From Octopus vulgaris (lineage: Eukaryota): a stretch of 64,000 nt of DNA. The stretch covers positions 184,202,001-184,266,000 of the forward strand of contig OX597815.1 of NCBI GenBank assembly GCA_951406725.2, written 5' to 3'. Below the pieces are notes generated by a model, which had not been told where the DNA came from, did not search any database, and saw only the letters and a list, made by a program, of their open reading frames with translations. The first letter of the stretch is position 1. Every line of letters starts with the position of its first letter. The translations under genes and the position numbers were made by a program. Below, in pieces: positions 26,737 through 40,929 of this stretch.

Positions 26737-28075
26737 AAATGCTTCAGCTGCAAAGCTGCGGTTATGCTAGAGCACCACCATTGACTGAGCTACAACATAA
26801 TTTGGAAACTTCTCTAATATGTGGCATTTGGTCAATGAGGGAGCTTGATGCTGCTGCCCTCATCCGTGTTTCCTGCTGTGAGGTAGGCTCGTCTGGAACC
26901 CGTAATAGGAAGAGATCCAGTTTTGTTTTATAGACACATCTGCACCATGCCGGTCTCTCGGGCATTTTGGGAGGATATTAAAAAGTTATGGGTTCTTGAA
27001 GCCCAAGCTGTTGCAGTATCTGGTCCTGTATTTTAATGGCGATGTTGGATTCCTTGGCACTGTGCAATGGCATCCCGTTCTGCAGTTTGAATAACTTTCA
27101 ATGCCAAAGTTAGGTACAAGGACTTCTAGGATTTTCAAGATTTATATCACTGTATACCTCTCTCGCCTTCGTTCCAGGGAGAAGAGTTTTAATTTTTTCA
27201 GTCTCTCCCAGTTGCTGACATGTTGCATCGAGACGAGTTTCTTACTGTAGCTACGTTCGATTTCTTCGAGTTCTGTCGTGGACTTTTTATTGCGTGGTGA
27301 CCATAGTTGGGAGCAATAGTCTAAGCGGCTGAGAACGTATGTCCGCCAAAGGATCATCAATGTCTCTTTTTGTCTTTTCTCCTGTTCTGAAAGTTCGGAG
27401 GATACACCCAGCTAGCCGTCTGTATTTTATTACCAAATTAGTAATATGCACTTGGAAAGAGGCATCATTGTTTATGTCAATGCCCAGGTCACGCACTGAT
27501 TTTGATTGAGGAATTTCAATTCCGCCTGGGCCAGTGTATCCTGTCTGCATGTCGTTTAGCTTTATGTGTTTTTAGCGTAGGGCCTGGAATGTTCCTGCTT
27601 TAAACTGCATGTTTTTGTCCTCACCCCACTTGTATATTGCTTCCAATTGCCGTTGCACATATGCAATAATTCCAGGATTTTGTATTGTCTGACAGACTTT
27701 TGTGTCATCTGCATAGCTAGCAAGGGTAGCTATCTGAGCAGCCGAGGGTATGTTTGTGAGGGTCACTATGAACAGCAGTGGCCCCGAGACAGTGCCCTAT
27801 GGAATACCACTTGCTATTTGCGTTTCCTTGCAGGTGGCCCCTACTACTGCCTGGACGTCTATCCTTTAGAAAGTTGAGCAGCCATTCTCCAAATTTTCCG
27901 CATATACCGAGTTTTCCACATATGCGTAGATTCTGACACATCATACCATGGTCAACTTTGTCAAGGGCTTTTGCAAAATTGAGATATATCACATCCACGC
28001 TTGAGTCATTCAGCCGCTGTTTTAACACCCAGTCTTAGTGTTGCAGGAGCTGTGTCAGACAGCTTCCACTTGGAT
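26737..28075 (-). mobile_element. CR1-like LINE, 5'-truncated; reverse transcriptase pseudogene plus 3' tail
   Basis: RT motifs DVIYLNFAKALDKVDH, SYADDTK, VRDLGI, SRLDYCSQLWSP, LERRRER, LDLFL.VPDEP spread over shifted frames. Confidence 0.9.
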
Positions 28076-28207
28076 GACGTAGTAATTCCACAATGCCTTG
28101 GCTTTGTTGTCACATTTTATTTAGTATATACATGGTCATACACGACACCGGGAGTCTAACAGCAGTCCTTCCGTAGCACTTACATAGGCTTAACTGCATT
28201 TTGGATC

Positions 28208-28269
<62 letters not shown>

Positions 28270-28270
<1 letters not shown>

Positions 28271-28759
28271 CTTACGTTGTTAATCCTTTGGGAACCATGA
28301 TTTTGGCCCTGTAATATAAGTTCTTTTTCCGGAAAGTTGTTATTTAGAGGAGTGATTTCGAGATCTACATAGTTTTCAGAGGTATTTCTGGTGTGTGTAT
28401 TTTTATTGTGCTTATTTTCATTGAGTGATATTGACCCTATATTGGGGAGGCAATTATAACGAGCTGTAACAGTGTTTCTGTTAAAGATTTTGTGGTAACT
28501 GAGTGAATGCCGGGATTAAAAATCAAGAATTTCCCAGCTATGTTAGTGCCTACATTAATGCTATAAGGTGGGTTAAAAGATACGATTTTTCTCTGTTTGC
28601 GTCTTCTCGGTCTGTCTGTATTTGATTCAATGTAGTTTATGATAAACGTGAAGTCTGACCTCTCTAACACAGCATTATAAAATGGGGTAGTTTTTTTGAA
28701 AAGTGTCTTTATCCGTGGACAGATTATATGCGGAATCTTGTGGTAAGATTCAGATTAAA
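28270..28759 (-). mobile_element. Penelope-like element fragment (RT-endonuclease linker)
   Basis: RKIVSFNPPYSINVGTNIAGKFL matches the PLE (W)FNPPYS..V.TNIG..FL motif; frameshifted. Confidence 0.75.
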
Positions 28760-28769
28760 CATATATATA

Positions 28770-29168
28770 TCTTTATATATAAAAGTCAAGTTGTGTGTCT
28801 GTCTCCTACGATTTAGATTCCTAACTACTCCCAAATTTTGCGGTGCAGTTTAACCAAAACCGGGTATCTTATAGTCGTGATTCATATCGAGCCCTTCTGG
28901 GTATTAGCGCGCGTCTACGATGAGTCTACGATTTAAAAAAAAAATTACAATCATTTCTTTTTCCATTTTAATGCATTTTTTCGCTATTATATAAGGGAAG
29001 TAACTCTCTAAAAATGTCTACGATGAGTCAACGATTTAAAAAAAAATTTACCATCATTTTTTTCCATTTTTAGTGCATTCTTTTGCTATTTTTTGGCTAT
29101 AACTCTCTAAAAATGCTTATATAGTTACTTCCCTTACAAACCCGAGCAACGCCGGGCAATACTGCTAG
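28770..29168 (+). mobile_element. Non-autonomous Helitron, subfamily 1
   Basis: A|TCTTTATATATAAAAG...CCCGAGCAACGCCGGG..ACTGCTAG|T; internal ~100-bp direct duplication (gtctacgatgagtc...aactctctaaaaatg). Confidence 0.9.
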
Positions 29169-29574
29169 TATATATATATAAGTTAATCGGAAAACATTTG
29201 CTCACCTTAACTTAATATAAAGAGATTAAGACCGTAGTAAGAGGATTTCATTATTCCAGCGACTATTGTTTTATAAATGTCACTTATGATATCATTTGCT
29301 TTGATCTAAAAACCTACATACACACACATATAACAACCACGTACACACCTACAAATACTGGCGCATACACACACACGCACGCAGACACACACATATATAT
29401 TATTCATAAACAAGACATATCTATATGTGTGTGCGTGTATGTATGCGCTTAAGTGTTTACGCCTGACGTGTGTTTGTGTGTCTGTTCGTTTTAATTACGA
29501 TTTTAAGTTACCCAGAGATCATTCTATCAGATTGGTTGAAACAGTGGTTCAGTGGAGCATAAATTACAGCCAAG

Positions 29575-30395
<821 letters not shown>

Positions 30396-30825
30396 GGATA
30401 TAGGGATGAATTTATGCGTTCCTGTATATACACGTTTGTGCCTTGCATACACATTTCTCAACCTTAATTACAGCTTATAGATGTACTTTACGTTCTTACC
30501 TTATTTACCTATTCTATCTCCTACTCTATTACCTACTCTATCTCCTACTCTATTTACCTACTCTATCTCTCATCCAGCCAACCTGTTAACACCTCGCCTG
30601 TACACATAAAAATATAAATCGTAAATCGTACTATTCAGTCTGCTTTAATGTATCCATAAACAAACATATAAAGCATCTATTGGTAAATTTTGCTAAGTAA
30701 TATGAGATTAATTATTTCAGTGACTATAAATGAAACAGCTGTAAGGTATGATGTTCGATTTGTTGATAATAAACTCTTATTTACTTCACCACTCCAATTT
30801 CTTCTTCTTCTTCTTCGTCTTCTTC

Positions 30826-30898
<73 letters not shown>

Positions 30899-30957
30899 AT
30901 GATCAACGGTTGCTCTCTACCAAATTTTCAATAAACTGAGTGATAGTTTATTATATT

Positions 30958-31125
30958 GTAGGCGCCGGAGTGACTGTGTGGTAAGTAGCTTGCTAACCAA
31001 CCACATGGTTCCGGGTTCAGTCCCACTGCGTGGAATCTTGGGCAAGTGTCTTCTGCTATAGCCCCGGGCCGACCAATGCCTTGTGAGTGGATTTGGTAGA
31101 CGGAAACTGAAAGAAGCCCGTCGTA

Positions 31126-31188
<63 letters not shown>

Positions 31189-31392
31189 TTGTGTGTCTGT
31201 GTTTGTCCCCCTAGCATTGCTTGACAACCGATGCTGGTGTGTTTACGTCCCCGTCACTTAGCGGTTCAGCAAAAGAGACCGATAGAATAAGTACTGGGCT
31301 TACAAAGAATAAGTTCTAGGGTCGATTTGCTCGACTAAAGGTGGTGCTCCAGCATGGCCACAGTCAAATGACTGAAACAAGTAAAAGAGTGA
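30958..31392 (+). mobile_element. SINE family B (tRNA head, CORE-like motif, internal microsatellite, LINE-like tail), near intact
   Basis: GGTTCAGTCCC B box, CTTGGGCAAGTGTCTT CORE-like motif, internal (TA)n(TG)n, tail GGTGCTCCAGCATGGCCACAGTCAAATGACTGAAACAAGTAAAAGAG. Confidence 0.9.
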
Positions 31393-32382
31393 GAGTATAC
31401 ATTCTTGTGTTAGAAGCGACTTATCCAATGTTGAAAGTGAAAAGTGATCGAAGCTGGAATCATGTATCTGCAAAGCGAAACGAACTTCTGAGACCACAAT
31501 GATAATTGTTCCAATGAATTTCATACCTTCCATATGAAATTTACGTGCGTCACATTCAGTGGAACCAGGCTAATTCTTAGGAACGCGAACAAATCCCTTA
31601 AGCGGAAAGATTATATTGCTATCAGTATGAATTCAATTAGCAATACACGCACACACACACAGACAGACACACAAACACATACACATATATATGTATATTA
31701 ACACACACAAACAATCTTCAAATCGTTTTTTGGTTCACTTAATCTTTCAACCGTTTGGGGCCGATATTTGCGTAGCAGTTGAGTACTGGGGTCGGAGGAA
31801 TCGACTTTTACCCTCCCTCACAATTTCTGGTTTTCTGCACAAAAACTCGAAGCCAATATATATTTTGTATAGCTTTCTTTCATTCCCGCCATCAAACTAA
31901 TTATATAGATAATTGTAGTTTTAGAATTCTCTATGTATTTACACGTAATTTACAAATTTATTTCTTTAGACTTCTTTGAAATTCGTGCAATATAATGGAC
32001 CGTTAATTTTACTTAGAATCTAACTGAATTCAGTGTTGACCTACAATATCAAGCGTGCGGTCAAGATGTAAATTCTGTTTAGTTGTTAGCAGCTATTATT
32101 TGTTACTGTGAAAAGATACATCGGTGTATCACACGTCATATATTTCTATTTTTACGTTCTCCTTAAAAGAAATACCAAGTCACAATATGTCACTAATTGA
32201 CATATGTATCGAGTTTTTCTCACGAAATGTTTGCGAACAAACATTAAAACTATGCCAAAGTACAGGAACCTAATTTCTTTTCCACCTTAATTTCTCAATT
32301 CTTGTTATTTATTTTAAATTGGTTTATCGATTTCTTGAAAGATGGGTTATAATAAACTATTCGTACATTGTGTTATCTTAAA

Positions 32383-32768
32383 GCCAGCGAGCTGGCAGAA
32401 ACGTTAGCACGCCAGGCGAAATGCTTAGCAGTATTTCGTCTGCCGCTACGTTCTGAGTTCAAATTCCGCCGAGGTCAACTTTGCCTTTCATCCTTTCGGG
32501 GGTCGATTAAATAATTATCAGTTACGCACTGGGTCGATATAATCGACTTAATCCGTTTGTCTTTCCTTGTTTGTCCTCTCTGTGTTTCGCCCCTTGTCGG
32601 TAGTATTTCGTCTGCCGCTACGTTCTGAGTTCAAATTCCGCCGAGGTCGACTTTGCCATTCATCCTTTCGGGGTCGATAAATTAAATACCAGTTGCGTAC
32701 TAGGATAGACATAAACGACTGGCCCCCTCACCCAAAATTTCAGGCCTTGTGCCTAGAGAAGAAAGAAT
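32383..32768 (+). mobile_element. SINE family A, dimeric
   Basis: Head + unit with tail 1 + unit with tail 2; TSD attgt(g/a)ttatcttaa on both sides. Confidence 0.9.
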
Positions 32769-35009
32769 ATTGTATTATCTTAATATTTTGCGTTACAACA
32801 CTATACTTAAGTTTACGATTTCGAATAGAAACACTCCGTAGTTCATATATAGTGCAACACGCATATCACACGGCTTTGTCTCACCACTACATGAATCAAA
32901 GAAAAGGATTGCGTGCATTAAGTATTGGTCAAAGAGCTAAAGGAGGAGATCTGAAACTCGAAATTTGAAACTAGATTTGAAAGTAGACATTTATTCTTAG
33001 CTCGTCATTTATTCGTTCGTGTCTATAAGGAGAATGCTTTCTTGAAACGTTATCTGTGACAGAAAAGATTCGTAAAAACGAGGCATTTTGTCGATCATTT
33101 AATTTACAACACAATATCGGGGTTGAATGTCAATTCTTTTACTCTTGAGATGTAGAAAAACATTATATTATAAAATTTCATTAGTTGATACACTTCTTTG
33201 ATAGATGATAAACATATTGACAGAATGCAATCGGAAAACAATTTGTTAAATAGTACTTAATAAGTATTTCAATTGAACATCCATCGAAATGTAATATTAT
33301 TCACGCGATTAGTAACTTAATTACTGAAATATTCTCTTTCAAAAGAATTCTCAAAAGCAATATTAAAAATGTACAATCTTGTACATTTATTTACCTTTCA
33401 TCCATGTTCAGCAAATATTTGAAGGATAAGCCCCACCGATGAGAGCAGGATAAACCCACAACCTATTCAATGATTTATTTTCAATTTACAGAATATTTGA
33501 AGTAATTTTAATCCTGCATCGTTCTTCTTATCAACATAGAATGTTTATTTAGTTGGAGTTGTATTGCTTTAGATACTTTAATAGTAAATTATCGAATGAA
33601 TAACGAATTATTTATACATCGATAACAATATGCGGTCTTCTTGATTCTCAGACAGGCACAGGCCCAAGCACACACAGTACATGCTGACATATATATGTAC
33701 ATATGTTTGTATGGTTATCATACCTGTCGCTTTAATAGGATAATATCAATCATATACAACGATAAATAGAAAAATGCAATAATACAATTAAATACCATTG
33801 AGATATGAATATTATTTCATGTCCTTATATAAAAGTTGCAATTCCAGAAGTAAGTACAGTATTTTTCGAACGCCTTCACAGTGCCGCTCCACTGCATATA
33901 CATGTAAAACCCTCACAGCACATTTATTCACATATATTAAGTGAAGACAGGCACATGCACACATAAACGAAAAGTGTGTGTGTGTGGGGGGGAACGCCTA
34001 TTTCTCAACTAAACAATGAAATATATTTATCAACTTGTGCTTAAGAGGCCTACAAAATATTTGTTTCTTTCTGGTTAATCGTCTAAATTTGTTTTCCTTC
34101 AATGGTTCGGAATGTTATTCTACATTTTTAGTAAACAGTCGGAAAGAAATTTTTGCCTCGCAAATAAGTGAATTATTTAAAGCTTTTTCGAGAAAATTGT
34201 TTTCGTTTTCTTTCTGTTCCCTTTTAAACGCATCTATCATCATTTATACTTCAGTAACAAAATCATAGGAAAGGTAAAATATTGGTTTCCAGGCAATTAT
34301 AGATAAAAACATAAAAATAAAATCATTTAAAATTCAGTTGATTAAACAAAACCAGCGACGACACGAACTAAAAAAGATATTTGCAAATAAATATTCAGCT
34401 TTCGGTTGTGACAATATTGAACAAGTAAATTCTGACACGAATTTGAATTCGATTTCATATTTTGCCTTTGATATTCTTGTAACGGAATTCCTGTTTCAAT
34501 CTTGGCATAGCGGAAGAGTTCTTGGGGTCAAAGACATATACACCTTGAGGAAGAAACATTTTAATTATAATATAAAGTTTGGTTTAAAATGTATTTAATT
34601 ATCAGGTATACATTGTGACATTAATCATATAATTTGCTTTAGGTTTCCTGTGATATAGTGACGTACACGATGAGACGATATTGTTCTGTGGGTTATAGTT
34701 ATTTTTTTTTGTTTGTTTCATGCATATTGATGAAAAGATCCGATATATGTTCCTTCTCATTCTGTGTGTTTGATAAAGCAAAGGAAACTACTGGGTCGAT
34801 TTAATTATCTGGCATTGGTGTCTCTCGGGGTTTTCTCGCTACTTCCTCATTATCGTCAGATGAGGATGTAAAACCACCGGCTACAAGTCTCTTGTGAGCA
34901 ACATTGAATCCCAGGCATTAATATAACAATACAAATTGACTGTTATGTAATCGACTAGTCCCCTTCCAAACACGTCAGCCCTTGTGCCTTTATTAGAAAA
35001 GGTTGTTAT

Positions 35010-35367
35010 AATTATTTCAAATCTTTGAAACAAGGACAGCTTGGAAGAAATAGGGGTAAGTCTACTACATCGTCCCCAAACATGAACTCGACGTCGGCGA
35101 AATTTAAACACAGGACGTAGCGTCTGGTGAAATACTTATTTCTTAACTACCCACAAGGAGCTAAACACAGAGAGGACAAACAAGGACAGACAAACAGATT
35201 AAGTCGATTATATCGACCTCAGTGCGTAACTGGTACTTATTTAATCGACCCCGAAAGGATGAAAGGCAAAGTCGACCTCGGCGGAATTTGAACTCAGAAT
35301 GGAGCGGCAGACGAAACACCGTTAGGCATTTCGTCCAGCATGCTAACGACTCTCCCAGCTCGCCGCC
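35010..35367 (-). mobile_element. SINE family A (tail-1 unit 35137-35367 plus a degenerate second unit)
   Basis: Reverse-complement match to family A. Confidence 0.85.
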
Positions 35368-35635
35368 TTGGAAAAAGGATTATTATAATACAAAGACATA
35401 ATGATGATGGGACAATGTCACACAAACATTAAGTTATTTTATATATCACGTGTCTGTCATCATGCTTGGTGTATATCTACAGAGAATATTATGGTGGAAT
35501 ACAGTTCTTAACATAGGTTTAACTTCATAAATTTGTAAGACGTCACCCTACATAAATTTTGAAAAAGTGATGTATGCTTACAAATAAAAACCCAGATGTA
35601 TATAAACACACTAAAAATATAGACACGCAACTCTG

Positions 35636-35656
<21 letters not shown>

Positions 35657-35678
<22 letters not shown>

Positions 35679-35825
35679 TGGAGTAAGCACGTAAATATGA
35701 AACAAGGTGGAAATAAAGAATACTCGAATACCAGAGGTATAATAATATGCTTCATTTCAAAGCAGCAGAAATATCACAAACGCTGTTTCTCAGTTTCACA
35801 TTCCCGTTCGTCAGACACTTTTCTT
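35657..35825 (-). mobile_element. Hammerhead-bearing inverted-repeat element, family H (one arm plus damaged ribozyme)
   Basis: 35657-35780 is the inverse of 45555-45662; motif CTGACGA-acgggaatgt-GAAAC on minus at 35784-35817. Confidence 0.65.
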
Positions 35826-36164
35826 AGAATTCTAACAAAACTGTCCCACAAATGGTAATGTTTATTCATATTTTTTTCAGATTTTAATTATTTCTGTGGT
35901 AAAGTAAAGATATTCACACTTAGAATTTAAAAAAAATAATAAATAATAATGCAGTACAGTACTTACCTGTATAACACATTAATTCAAATATATTAAAAGA
36001 AAATACGTAGTGTATTATAGATACGTAATGTACCCAGTTACGCAGTGGGACCGATATAATCGACTTAATCAGGACATACTGTACAGAAAACGAATCTCTT
36101 GGAGTAGTGGTGGCGAGTGTGTAGTGTTGTTTTGCATTTATAACAAAAAAGCATATAAAAAATA

Positions 36165-36256
36165 TATACAGTACAGTACTATTTTTACTTCGCGGATTTT
36201 CTCTGATCACGGGGTGTTTTCGAACGTAATACCCACGGTAGTCGAGGGAGTACTAT
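36165..36256. mobile_element. Tigger/pogo-like MITE remnant
   Basis: End ...cgagggagtactata resembles the inverse of a CAGTA-type TIR plus TA; similar end at about 37860-37888. Confidence 0.4.
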
Positions 36257-36633
36257 ATATATATATATATATATATAACCAATGGTCAAGAACGTATTAC
36301 AAATTATTATCATATAAGCTGTAATGGGAAACAATACTTACCCGTTTCTGCACGACTTTCAAACTGTTCTGGAAATCAATAATCTCCTATTTAATGCAAT
36401 GTCCATATTGTGAAAAGCAAGCAAAAATTAAAATGAGAATTTATAGATTATACGAATAATTATTTATTTTGAACCAACTAAAACCAGAGTGATTAATTAA
36501 GATCATAAATTTCATATTCAATAAGTTAGTGTGTCATTTTGGTCCACAGTTTATAAGAAATTTTAGGCATGTTGATATTTATATGAACAACTAAGAAAAT
36601 TATGAGGACCTATATAATGACGTAAGGTAACCA

Positions 36634-37207
36634 GGCGTAGGAGCGGCTGTGTGGTAAATAGCTTGCTTACCAACCTCATGGTTTCGGGTTCAGTCTCAAT
36701 GCGTGGTATCTTGGGCAAATTTCTTCTACTATAGCCTCGAACCGACCAAAGCCTTGTGAATGGATTTGCTAGACGGAAACTGAAAGATGCTCCGCACCGT
36801 CTCCGATAAAGGGATATATAAAATATCCCGGAAACAGCTGTAAGACTTTCTCTTTATAAATGTTCTGACATATTTCACTGTCTTAGATTTTTATCTCATT
36901 CTGTTAATTTTACACACACTCACACACTCACAAGCACACGCACGCACACGCACACACACATACACACATATATATACGTTGTGTGTCTGTTTTTGTCCAC
37001 CTAACATCGCTTGACAAACGTCCCCATAACTTAGCGGTTTTCTAAAAGACCAATAGAATAGTACTAGGCTTCCAACAAATAAAAGACCAATAGAATAGTA
37101 CTAGGCTTCCAACAAATAACTCCTGGGGATCGATTCGCTCGGTTTAAGGTGGTGCTCCAGCATGGCTGCAGTCAAATGACTGAGAAAGTAAAAGAGTAAA
37201 AGAGTAA
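36634..37207 (+). mobile_element. SINE family B interrupted by a hammerhead-bearing fragment (about 36790-36910)
   Basis: Family B head and tail present; insert gtct-CCGATAA-a-gggatat..atatccc-g-GAAAcagctgTA-agac homologous to 7478-7523; ~37-bp tandem duplication at about 37045-37118. Confidence 0.85.
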
Positions 37208-37392
37208 GGAATCACTGAAAAATATTTGAAAATTTTGAAGTGGAACCATAGAGTGAAGTTACTGGACCAATATATTAGCGGTGGACAGTGGAGATTCTAA
37301 CGATTATCTATCTAAGGGAAAAATAAATATTGAAATATATGTATACATATGTGTGTGTGTGTGTGTGTATTTATGTGTGTCTGTGTGTTATT

Positions 37393-37443
<51 letters not shown>

Positions 37444-37551
37444 AATATTATTATTATTGTTATAATTAGGGAAGATCAATTCCTGTGTCACAGAAATAAG
37501 ACATTCAAATTAAAAATATCAAATTGAATTACTCTCAATAATTAATTAATA

Positions 37552-37710
37552 TATATCAAAATAGGATTAGAGGTAGAAACACCCACGAATTCATCAACAC
37601 CAAACGATATCGACCAAGCTATAAAATATTTTATGGCTTGGTTGAGTTAATATCGTTTGAAGTTGATGAATTTGTGGGTGTTTCTATCTCTAACGCTATT
37701 TTGATATATA
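37552..37710. repeat. Inverted repeat (about 75-bp arms, almost no loop) next to (TA)n
   Basis: tatatcaaaataggattagaggtagaaacacccacgaattcatcaac... / ...gttgatgaatttgtgggtgtttctatctctaacgctattttgatata. Confidence 0.85.
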
Positions 37711-37718
37711 CATGTATG

Positions 37719-37769
<51 letters not shown>

Positions 37770-38599
37770 GTTCCAAAACCTCCCACAGAAGTAATTAAAA
37801 GCTAAATAAAATTTTAAATGTATCAATTTAGATCTGCGATGTTCTGAGTGCACGATAGGTGAACCGCGATATGGTGAGGGATTACTATATCCTTAAATGT
37901 ATATCCTTAAATGTAGTTTCCGGCGTCGAGAATAAAAAGACTTAGTCTTATCTATATGTTCAATGTATTACTAGTATTTCTGATATTTATAAAATCATTT
38001 CATTGGCAATTAAATTCGCGTGGTTTTTACAAATACAGTTGCAATGTTTACGCACTTGTATGTTACGTTGTATAAATTCTTTGTGTATTTCGATAAGGTT
38101 AGAAATTAGAGGATGACTTTATCATGAAGAGATGAATAGACATGCGACCGAAATTTTGTTTATATGCACAGTAACAAGATAGCTTCCGACCGTCCAATCG
38201 AAAGAGGTTCACATATCTATTTTCCCTCGTGTATACAACAGACAGTGTTACTAATATCTAATGATGGGTGAAGAAATTTTTAGAACAAATTATTACTGTG
38301 AAGTTCATAAAATTTAATTGGAAGAGTATGATCAATTTAAGCAATGGTTTTCCGCTGGACATAGCGTGCAAATAATTGCCTTCTGGCAGTTATAGACAAA
38401 AATGTAAGAGTCCGAAAATATGAGTGAAATCCAATTTTAGTGAATGTAAAACCGACAACCGACTGAAAACCGTATAGCCATTTAATTTGAATCACTGATC
38501 TCCTTAGAAATATCATTAAGTAATAGTCTATTTTCCCTTCATTGAAATAAACGATCTTTTATTGAATATTAATAAACGATATATTATTCAGTCTTCGTT

Positions 38600-38901
38600 T
38601 TTTTTTACGTGTTTCAATCATTAGATTCCGGCCACGCTAGGGCACTGGCTTCAAGAATTCTTAGTCGAAAGAAACGTCTCCAGTTTGTGCTTAATTTTTT
38701 TTTTTTTGAGCTTGAAATTTTATCGATTGGCGAACAGCTAAGTTACATCGACGTAAACACACTAACATCGTCTCAAGCTGTGTTATGGTCCAAATTCAAA
38801 CACAAAGACACTCACAGACACACACATACACACACGCACAGAGAAACACACACAAACACAAACCCACACAAACACACATACACGCGCGCACACACACACA
38901 T

Positions 38902-38945
<44 letters not shown>

Positions 38946-39295
38946 GTGTTTTGTTTGTATGTATATGTATATACATATATGCGTATGTATGTGTTTATAC
39001 ATATTTGTATATTTATATATACTTATAAATGTATAGATATATGCATATTTATGAATATAAATGTGTGTGTGTGTATGTGTTTTAGGCTGAAGCGCTAAGT
39101 TACGGGAACGTAAACATAGAGACACCGATTGTCAAGCGTTAGTGGTAGACAAACAAGAACTTCTTTCAGTCTCTGTCTACAAAAATCCACTCGCAAAGCT
39201 TTAATCAGCCCGAGGCTATATTAGAAGAAACCTAAGTTGTCACGCCGTGAGACAGAAGCCACAACCATATGCCTGAGGAGCAAGCTTCTTACCAA
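38600..39295 (-). mobile_element. SINE family B, old copy or copies with expanded internal microsatellite
   Basis: Degenerate tail at 38600-38800 and body/head at 39090-39295. Confidence 0.6.
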
Positions 39296-39427
39296 AAACT
39301 GATACATAAACGTAAAACCTCTCTTTATCACCAGAATTAATCTACAATGGGATCATGCAATCCTTTTTCCCCAAAATAAACACACCCACTGTATATATGT
39401 TCCTCACCTCAGCTCTATTATGATTCT

Positions 39428-39657
39428 TATTTCTTCATTGCTCACAAGGGGTTAAACATAGAGGGGACGAACAAGGACAGACAAAGGGATTAAGTCGATT
39501 ACATCGACCCCAGTGCGTAAATGGTACTTTATTTATCGACCCCGAAAGGATGAAAGGCAAAGTCGACCTCGGCGGAATTTGAACTCAGAACGTAACGGCA
39601 GACGAAATACCGCTAAGCATTTCGCCCGGTGTGCTAACGTTTCTGCCATCTCGCCGC
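39428..39657 (-). mobile_element. SINE family A, monomer with tail 1
   Basis: Near-consensus reverse-complement copy. Confidence 0.9.
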
Positions 39658-39748
39658 TTTATTTTGGTTTTTATTTTTTTGCCGTTTGTCCTAATTCTTT
39701 CGTCACACATCCTTTGTCCTCTTCAACGACTCTCCCCCTACGTGTCTC

Positions 39749-39779
<31 letters not shown>

Positions 39780-40178
39780 TGTATGTATACACACACACAT
39801 ACACACACACACACACACATATCAATTAGCGTACCAAAATACCAGCTTGCTAGAAATAAGAGTCAACACTCTCAAGCCACAAATTTCTCACTATTATGAA
39901 ACGCACGGCGAATTTAACGAATATAAGGAAAGTACGCCTCACCTTTGCATAAACCACAAAAGTAAAGAACAAATATGTTGGTATCAATTGACTTCACCTT
40001 TTGTGCAGCAGCACTTAAGATCCATCAGCCAAGATTACTGTATTCAGCATTCATTACATCGTGCGCGTCTGTTCACTTGAGTGCCCCTACAAACTTCAAA
40101 TACGAACATAAAGTGAGTAAAATTTAATATAGCATTATTACTATTATTAAGAATAGCAATAATAATAATAATAATATT

Positions 40179-40219
<41 letters not shown>

Positions 40220-40589
40220 AGTGGCCAGCAAGTTTAATCTAAATAGGTAAAATATACAAATAAATTAGGGTACCGAAATGCATAGTTGAATATAGTAACC
40301 TTGGCTGATGACCCTTAAGTGCTAGCGCACAAAAGATTGAATCAATTGACAACAAGATATCTGTTCTTTAACTTGTGGTTTATGCAAAAGGCTTATTTTC
40401 CTTATATTCGTTACATTCACCACGCGTGTTTGCTAGTTGTGAGAAATTTGGACCGTTGACTCCTTTTTCTAGCAAGCTGGTATTTCGATACCCTCACGTA
40501 TTTGTAAATTTTGCCTATTTAGATTGAACTTACTGGCCACTATATTATTATTGCTTACTTTTAATAATGGTGATAATACTTTATTAAAT

Positions 40590-40622
<33 letters not shown>

Positions 40623-40893
40623 AGGCGTAATGGCCCAATGGTTAGGGCAGCGGACTCGCGGTTTCGATTCCCAGACCGGGCGTTGTGAGTATTTATTGAG
40701 CGAAAACACCTAAAGCTCCACGAGGCTCCGGCGATCCCTGCTGTACTCTTTCGCCGCAACTTTCTCTCACTCTTTCTTCTGTTGGCCTGCTCGCTTAACC
40801 AGCGGAGTGGCGTCATTTGAAGGCTAAAACAATGCAAAGCGCATTGTGACCAGCGATGTGTAGCAACATCTGATAGCCTGGTCGGTCACGGTG

Positions 40894-40894
<1 letters not shown>
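40623..40894 (+). mobile_element. SINE family D1 (tRNA-derived)
   Basis: TGGCCCAATGGTTAGGGCAGCGGACTCG..GTTTCGATTCCC head; body GAGCGAAAACACCTAAAGCTCCACG shared with 50311-50593. Confidence 0.8.
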
Positions 40895-40929
<35 letters not shown>

